Shown: piece after piece, positions 62,559-64,000 of the stretch | Layout: each line of letters opens with the position of its first letter | How positions within the stretch are numbered: position 1 is the stretch's first letter | NCBI RefSeq assembly: GCF_032062105.1 | Contig: NW_026928842.1 | Coordinates: forward strand, 62,001-126,000 | Length of the DNA stretch: 64,000 nt | From: Saccostrea cucullata | Lineage: Eukaryota | Direction: 5' to 3' | Translations under genes and position numbers: made by a program | The notes under the pieces: model-generated | Database searches by the model: none | What the model was told of the DNA's origin: nothing | Seen by the model: only the letters and a program-made list of their open reading frames with translations

Positions 62559-64000
62559 ATGTCGTACAAAACTTTACCACTTCTATTTATTAACCTCGGT
62601 GGTGAAATGATTTATATTTTGGATCAAAGACTAAGAGCTCAAAACATCCCAAATGAAAAATCAAGAAAAGGTGAGTGCAGAATTATTAATCCATTCTTCA
62701 GAAGGTGCACTTACATGTACAGTTATCAATATCATACCTGTATTCTACATTCGCTTTGAATTTACAAAATTCAGTTACAAATGACGAGCCCATGTGGTTA
62801 CACAGCATGAAGAATTATTTTAAAACTTTCACGTAGAACAAAGATTGTTCTTGGAATTTTTACATGTTATAGTCTATCTTTCTCTTAATCTCTATGTTGC
62901 AAAATGTATGTTTAGCTGCATAACTGAATAACTGAAAAACTCTCTCAAATTAAATTATGAATAATTCCAACTTACACAAATTCCTATTTAATATGGCCAG
63001 TACAGGGAATTTTCAGCATGAAGTGTATGCAGAATATCAGACACTCCTTCCAAAGGACCTTTAAGCCGATGGTACTTTTGCTAAGACAGGTCAGCCCAAG
63101 AGCTATGACCATCATTAAGACATATTGCCAAAGATTAAAAAAATCAAATGGTTCATCCAATTGGTACATGCACATATAAGTCCAAAACTTTTTGTGTCCA
63201 AATAATACTAATCATATTGACCGGTGAGTTTGAACAGGGGCTCAATGAAGTCTATAAATTTTCTGACAGATTTCCAATTCTTTATCAGATGTCATGTGAT
63301 ATTGAACAAAGCATATTATTTAAATATATACCGATGTCACTGTAAAGACATAATCAGAGTTTCTTTATATGAAAAATCAAAAAATACTTCCACCAATTTT
63401 TCAGAATCTAATAAGATTCCACTGCCCCAAAATGATTCTTGGTCCTTTTGAAATTCCTCTGTAAAATAATCATTTTATCTTTAAAAATATGAGAATTATA
63501 CATTAAGCATTTTTAAACCATGGACAAACAAAATATAACAGATACAATCAACTAAATTGGAAATCTTGTCTAACAGATAATTTTTCTTTGTACAAGGTAC
63601 ATGTATGTGTATTATATACAGTGGACCTTCAGATATCCGGACCCCAGATATCCGGATGCTTCAGTATCCGGACGACTTTTCATCGGAACGGAATTTTTAA
63701 ACGCTATTTTGTCTTGTTTAACTGGTAATTCAGATATCCAGACGCTTCACATAGCCGGACAAATTGACTTAGAACCAAAACGTCTGGATAAATGAGGCTC
63801 CACGTGTATATGGACCAAGCTATCTCATATGTTGGACCAGCCTGTCAGAAATGTTGAGAAAAGGGGTCATTATATACCAGCAGTTCATTTACCATTTCTT
63901 ATCAATTTGTGCCAATTTTGATTTGTATATCTATATTTTTTCTCCATTTCACAGTTCTACATGATATCATATCTACAATGTTCCACAAAAGATTCATGGA
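62559..64000 (+). CDS. OSCP1: OSCP1 (organic solute carrier partner 1 / NOR1), exons 1-2, continues beyond window
   Basis: Exon 62559-62670 encodes MSYKTLPLLFINLGGEMIYILDQRLRAQNIPNEKSRK (G|GTGAGT donor). The exon from 63955 encodes VLHDIISTMFHKRFM. Together they match the conserved OSCP1 N-terminus. Confidence 0.93.
63619..63806. mobile_element. Pogo/Tigger-like MITE in OSCP1 intron 1
   Basis: TA-CAGTGGACCTTCAGATATCCGGAC ... GTCTGGATAAATGAGGCTCCACGTG-TA, with internal ATCCGGA repeats. Confidence 0.6.

Noticed and set aside
1-64000. tRNA, rRNA or other structured RNA genes
   Set aside because: None recognised by eye. tRNAscan-SE and Infernal would be needed to exclude them.

Overview
AT-rich eukaryotic (animal) genomic DNA with GT-AG introns. 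It is most likely an oyster (Crassostrea/Magallana-like), inferred from ~166-bp Cg170-type satellite arrays carried inside Helentron-like elements. Genes: (1) A tandem cluster of three paralogous 8-exon NB-ARC-like STAND ATPase + TPR genes on +. Copy 1 (6280-9124) lacks the P-loop exon and has a premature stop; copies 2 (9246-13193) and 3 (18461-22200) look intact. A death-effector-domain-like exon lies on - between copies 2 and 3. (2) A small, probably secreted 5xEGF gene (-). (3) An intronless 1588-aa TRIM (RING-BB1-BB2-CC) whose tail carries about 40 TQT-like, putative LC8-binding motifs at ~12-aa spacing (-). (4) An orphan coiled-coil/basic ORF (+). (5) A 13-exon CYP39A1-like P450 (-) with one apparently damaged exon, head-to-head with the first two exons of OSCP1 (+). 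Intergenic and intronic space is filled with non-autonomous transposons (Helentron-, mariner-, Kolobok-, hAT- and Harbinger-like, a 5'-truncated LINE, foldback palindromes, one four-level nest) and a 44-bp minisatellite. The best candidates for undescribed systems are the effector-less, partly tail-anchored STAND-TPR cluster with its neighbouring DED-like gene, and the poly-TQT TRIM. All calls were made by eye, and no database searches were run.
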